From NCBI GenBank assembly GCA_963707955.1, contig OY970176.1, positions 576,001-640,000 of the forward strand: 64,000 nt of DNA, given 5' to 3'. The notes below the pieces were generated by a model that worked only from the letters and a program-made list of their open reading frames with translations, was not told where the DNA came from and did no database searches. A program made the translations under genes and the position numbers. The DNA is from Candidatus Bathyarchaeota archaeon. Its GTDB lineage: Archaea > Thermoproteota > Bathyarchaeia > Bathyarchaeales > Bathycorpusculaceae. This document shows, piece by piece, positions 61,455 to 64,000 of this stretch. Each line of letters begins with the position of its first letter. The stretch's first letter is position 1.

Positions 61455-62954
61455 ATGTCAATATTCAACGGAATCTTCGGCAAAATCTTCGGCTCCGTAA
61501 CCAGAGCCACAAGTGAGGAGAGAGAAAAAGTAGATCACGAGTTGCCCTTCCTCGTGATGATGTTCACGCTTATGGCTGCTTGCGGCATATCTCCATACGA
61601 CGGTTGGAAAAGAATACGAAAACTCACTTTCCTCCCGTTCTTCAAGAAAGAGGCAGATGAAGTCATAAGGCAAGTGGAAGTTCTGGGAAAAGACCCCCTT
61701 ACAGTAATGCGTCAGAGAGGCGAAAAAACAACTTCAAAACCCTACCGCAACTTTCTAGGCGGTTTCGTCTCGTCCGTCAGAAGCGGAGGAAAACTAGTCG
61801 ACTACATGAGAAGTGAACTCAAATCAATCTTCGAGATTCGAAACAACGCCATTACACGTTCAATAGAGAAAATCGCGACTCTAGTCGAAGTTTACTCAGT
61901 CATGTTGATCGTCGTGCTCTGCTCGTACATACTCTTCGTCGTATTCTCGGCCTCAAACACGTTGCAGATGCTGGCCCAGACTTCAATCTCCATTTCGCCT
62001 ACTCTTGCTTACCTCCTTGCGTTCATCCTTATGCCAGTGCTCTCCTTAGTTTTCATCCTCATAGCTCACAACATGCAGAGAAGCGCCTTCGAGGACCTCG
62101 GAGACATCTACAAACGAGCCCTGATACTCCTCATAGGAATTGGAGCCGCACTGGCAATAATCGTAACCGTTCCAAGCGTGTCCAACCTTATACAACCAAT
62201 AGGCCTCGCGGAAGTGTTCACTATAGGGTTGATCGCGATCTCTCTGCCTCCAGCGATTCAGTACTACAGACTTGCGAAGATTAACTACAACGCTGAAGAC
62301 GCCATCCCAAGTTTCATCCGGGAAGTCACTGAATCGCAGAAAATCGGTCTGTCCCCAGAAAAGAGCATAGTGCAGGCAACGAAACGCAAGGACTACGGAT
62401 ATTTTTCACGTTTTCTAGAATTGATTCAAAGCCAGATCGAATGGGGCGTTCCACTCAGAAGAACATTTGAAAACATACGCCAAAAGATCCGAAGCTGGTT
62501 CGTGGTAGCAAACTTCGCTATGATGGTTGAGACCATAGAAATCGGTGGAAACTCGACCGACGCCCTAGAGATACTCGCAGAATACAGTGAAAAAGAACGT
62601 GAACTGCAGATCAACAGGCGCGCATTGCTGAAACCCTACATCATACTTGCCTTCGTCTGGAGCATACTCATCGCAGTGACAACCACTATAGTCGCCTTAA
62701 CAACCTATCTGATGACCAACGTCGTCAGCTCGACCCTTGCGCCCGTAGCAATCACGGGAATTCAAGATCAGATGAAACTATTCTCAATCGGCATCATCCT
62801 GCAATGCTGGATCTCAGGCTTCTTCATAGGCAAAATAAGCGAAGGCAACTTCGCCGCAGGCTTCAAACACTCAGCTATGCTTGCCGCGACAGCCTACATA
62901 TCACTCGTCCTTTCGCAGCTGTTCCTCGCCGGAGCGTTCGCAATCCCAGCATAG
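61455..62954 (+). CDS. type II secretion F / TadC-like membrane platform protein
   Basis: polytopic, two GspF-like domains, downstream of the ATPase. Confidence 0.88.
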   Translation: MSIFNGIFGKIFGSVTRATSEEREKVDHELPFLVMMFTLMAACGISPYDGWKRIRKLTFLPFFKKEADEVIRQVEVLGKDPLTVMRQRGEKTTSKPYRNFLGGFVSSVRSGGKLVDYMRSELKSIFEIRNNAITRSIEKIATLVEVYSVMLIVVLCSYILFVVFSASNTLQMLAQTSISISPTLAYLLAFILMPVLSLVFILIAHNMQRSAFEDLGDIYKRALILLIGIGAALAIIVTVPSVSNLIQPIGLAEVFTIGLIAISLPPAIQYYRLAKINYNAEDAIPSFIREVTESQKIGLSPEKSIVQATKRKDYGYFSRFLELIQSQIEWGVPLRRTFENIRQKIRSWFVVANFAMMVETIEIGGNSTDALEILAEYSEKERELQINRRALLKPYIILAFVWSILIAVTTTIVALTTYLMTNVVSSTLAPVAITGIQDQMKLFSIGIILQCWISGFFIGKISEGNFAAGFKHSAMLAATAYISLVLSQLFLAGAFAIPA

Positions 62955-62965
62955 GAGACTAGCAC

Positions 62966-64000
62966 ATGCCCTCCATTTCAATCGACACGTTCTTCGCGTG
63001 CACATTTATGGTCTCCGTTGTGATCATAGCCACAGTCTCAGTCACGGGAACGATGGTGACCCGCATAGACAGCTGGAAGAACCTGAACGAAGAAAGCTAC
63101 CTCAAAGCAATCGCCGACAGCATACTGTCCAGCGCAGGCACGCCGTCCAACTGGGGTTCCGACCCAAACGTAAAACCTGAAGAATTCGGGCTCGCAGCAG
63201 AAAATCTTGCAAGCCCAGGTGAACTCGACTTGGACAAAGTTTGCAGATTAAACCCCCAGAACGACTTCGCCCTATCCTACATGGACATTCTTAACGCGTC
63301 AAGACTGACAGACCTTGCTATGGGAATCTCGATCTCACAGATGATGAACATCGACGTCTCGCTATTTTCAAACAGTAGCCAAGGAGACTCAACAACGTAT
63401 GTTTTCAGAATCTCAGTCAGCCAAGATTCGGGGCCAACCGCATCAACGTTGCATTGCTACGTGGTTGCAAGAGATTTCCTGCAGGACCAGTACAGTAATA
63501 CTTCAACCGACGGGACAGGTTACGCAAGCTTTCAAGTACCCAACGACTCAAATGGAGCAGCTGCGCTCGTGGTTTTCGCGAGGGCTGACCAAGATCCTAT
63601 GATGACCGCGTACACCGTTCAACTCTTCGCACATTTATCCGATGAACCCTTGCCTGACAACACTTTTCTCGATTTGAGCCCATTGAACAACACTTTGCAT
63701 CTGGCCATGAAGTTCCCCAACATGACCGTTGGAGACGGGTACGCTTTCTCATACGCTTATCAAGCTAACCTCGTCGAAGATTCAAATACATCATGCACAA
63801 TACCAGGAATCTTGGATAGCAGCCCAATCGTGCTTGTCGTAACTGGCCTAAACGGCTCGGACTTCTTCGCAGAATGGACGGCTTATCCTCAGATTCCTTT
63901 TCAAACAGGCGCCGACTTCAACGACTCAGAAAGCCATGCCTTCAGCTATCTAGTGATAATCAGAGACACGCTTTACAAACTGACCCTGAGCTTTGGAGGT
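62966..64000 (+). CDS. pilus-associated membrane-anchored protein, runs off the window end
   Basis: open frame MPSISIDTFFACTFMV...GTPSNWG...; GGAG RBS. Confidence 0.75.
   Translation, partial: MPSISIDTFFACTFMVSVVIIATVSVTGTMVTRIDSWKNLNEESYLKAIADSILSSAGTPSNWGSDPNVKPEEFGLAAENLASPGELDLDKVCRLNPQNDFALSYMDILNASRLTDLAMGISISQMMNIDVSLFSNSSQGDSTTYVFRISVSQDSGPTASTLHCYVVARDFLQDQYSNTSTDGTGYASFQVPNDSNGAAALVVFARADQDPMMTAYTVQLFAHLSDEPLPDNTFLDLSPLNNTLHLAMKFPNMTVGDGYAFSYAYQANLVEDSNTSCTIPGILDSSPIVLVVTGLNGSDFFAEWTAYPQIPFQTGADFNDSESHAFSYLVIIRDTLYKLTLSFGG

Noticed and set aside
56241-62954. Archaellum operon
   Set aside because: No ArlH/ArlF/ArlG-like or chemotaxis genes are recognisable in the window; type IV pilus is the safer call, though the locus runs off the end

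Overview
Archaeal chromosomal window. Gene content, GGTGA/GGAGG ribosome-binding sites, BHB introns and an interrupted cbf5 point to a TACK-lineage organism, most consistent with Bathyarchaeia (inference). It is mostly housekeeping: purA, rpl14e-cbf5, htpX, asnA, mdh, nreA, ppa, nucS, pyrB/pyrI, porGDAB, nurA-herA, SSB and a DEAD-box helicase. It also has four tRNAs (Ser-GGA and Asp-GTC carry introns), an AT-rich foreign-looking left end, and a type IV pilus locus at the right end. Highlights: (1) a 22-nt canonical bulge-helix-bulge mRNA intron splits the catalytic Asp codon of cbf5; (2) a wHTH + ATP-cone + class III ribonucleotide-reductase fusion appears to have lost its catalytic cysteines (candidate nucleotide-sensing pseudoenzyme regulator); (3) three copies of a ~206-bp inverted-repeat element are bounded by GCGCGC, and solo GCGCGC-type motifs recur throughout the intergenic DNA; (4) tandem pilins have constant ends, variable cores and signs of gene conversion. 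Five single-base frameshifts look like assembly errors.
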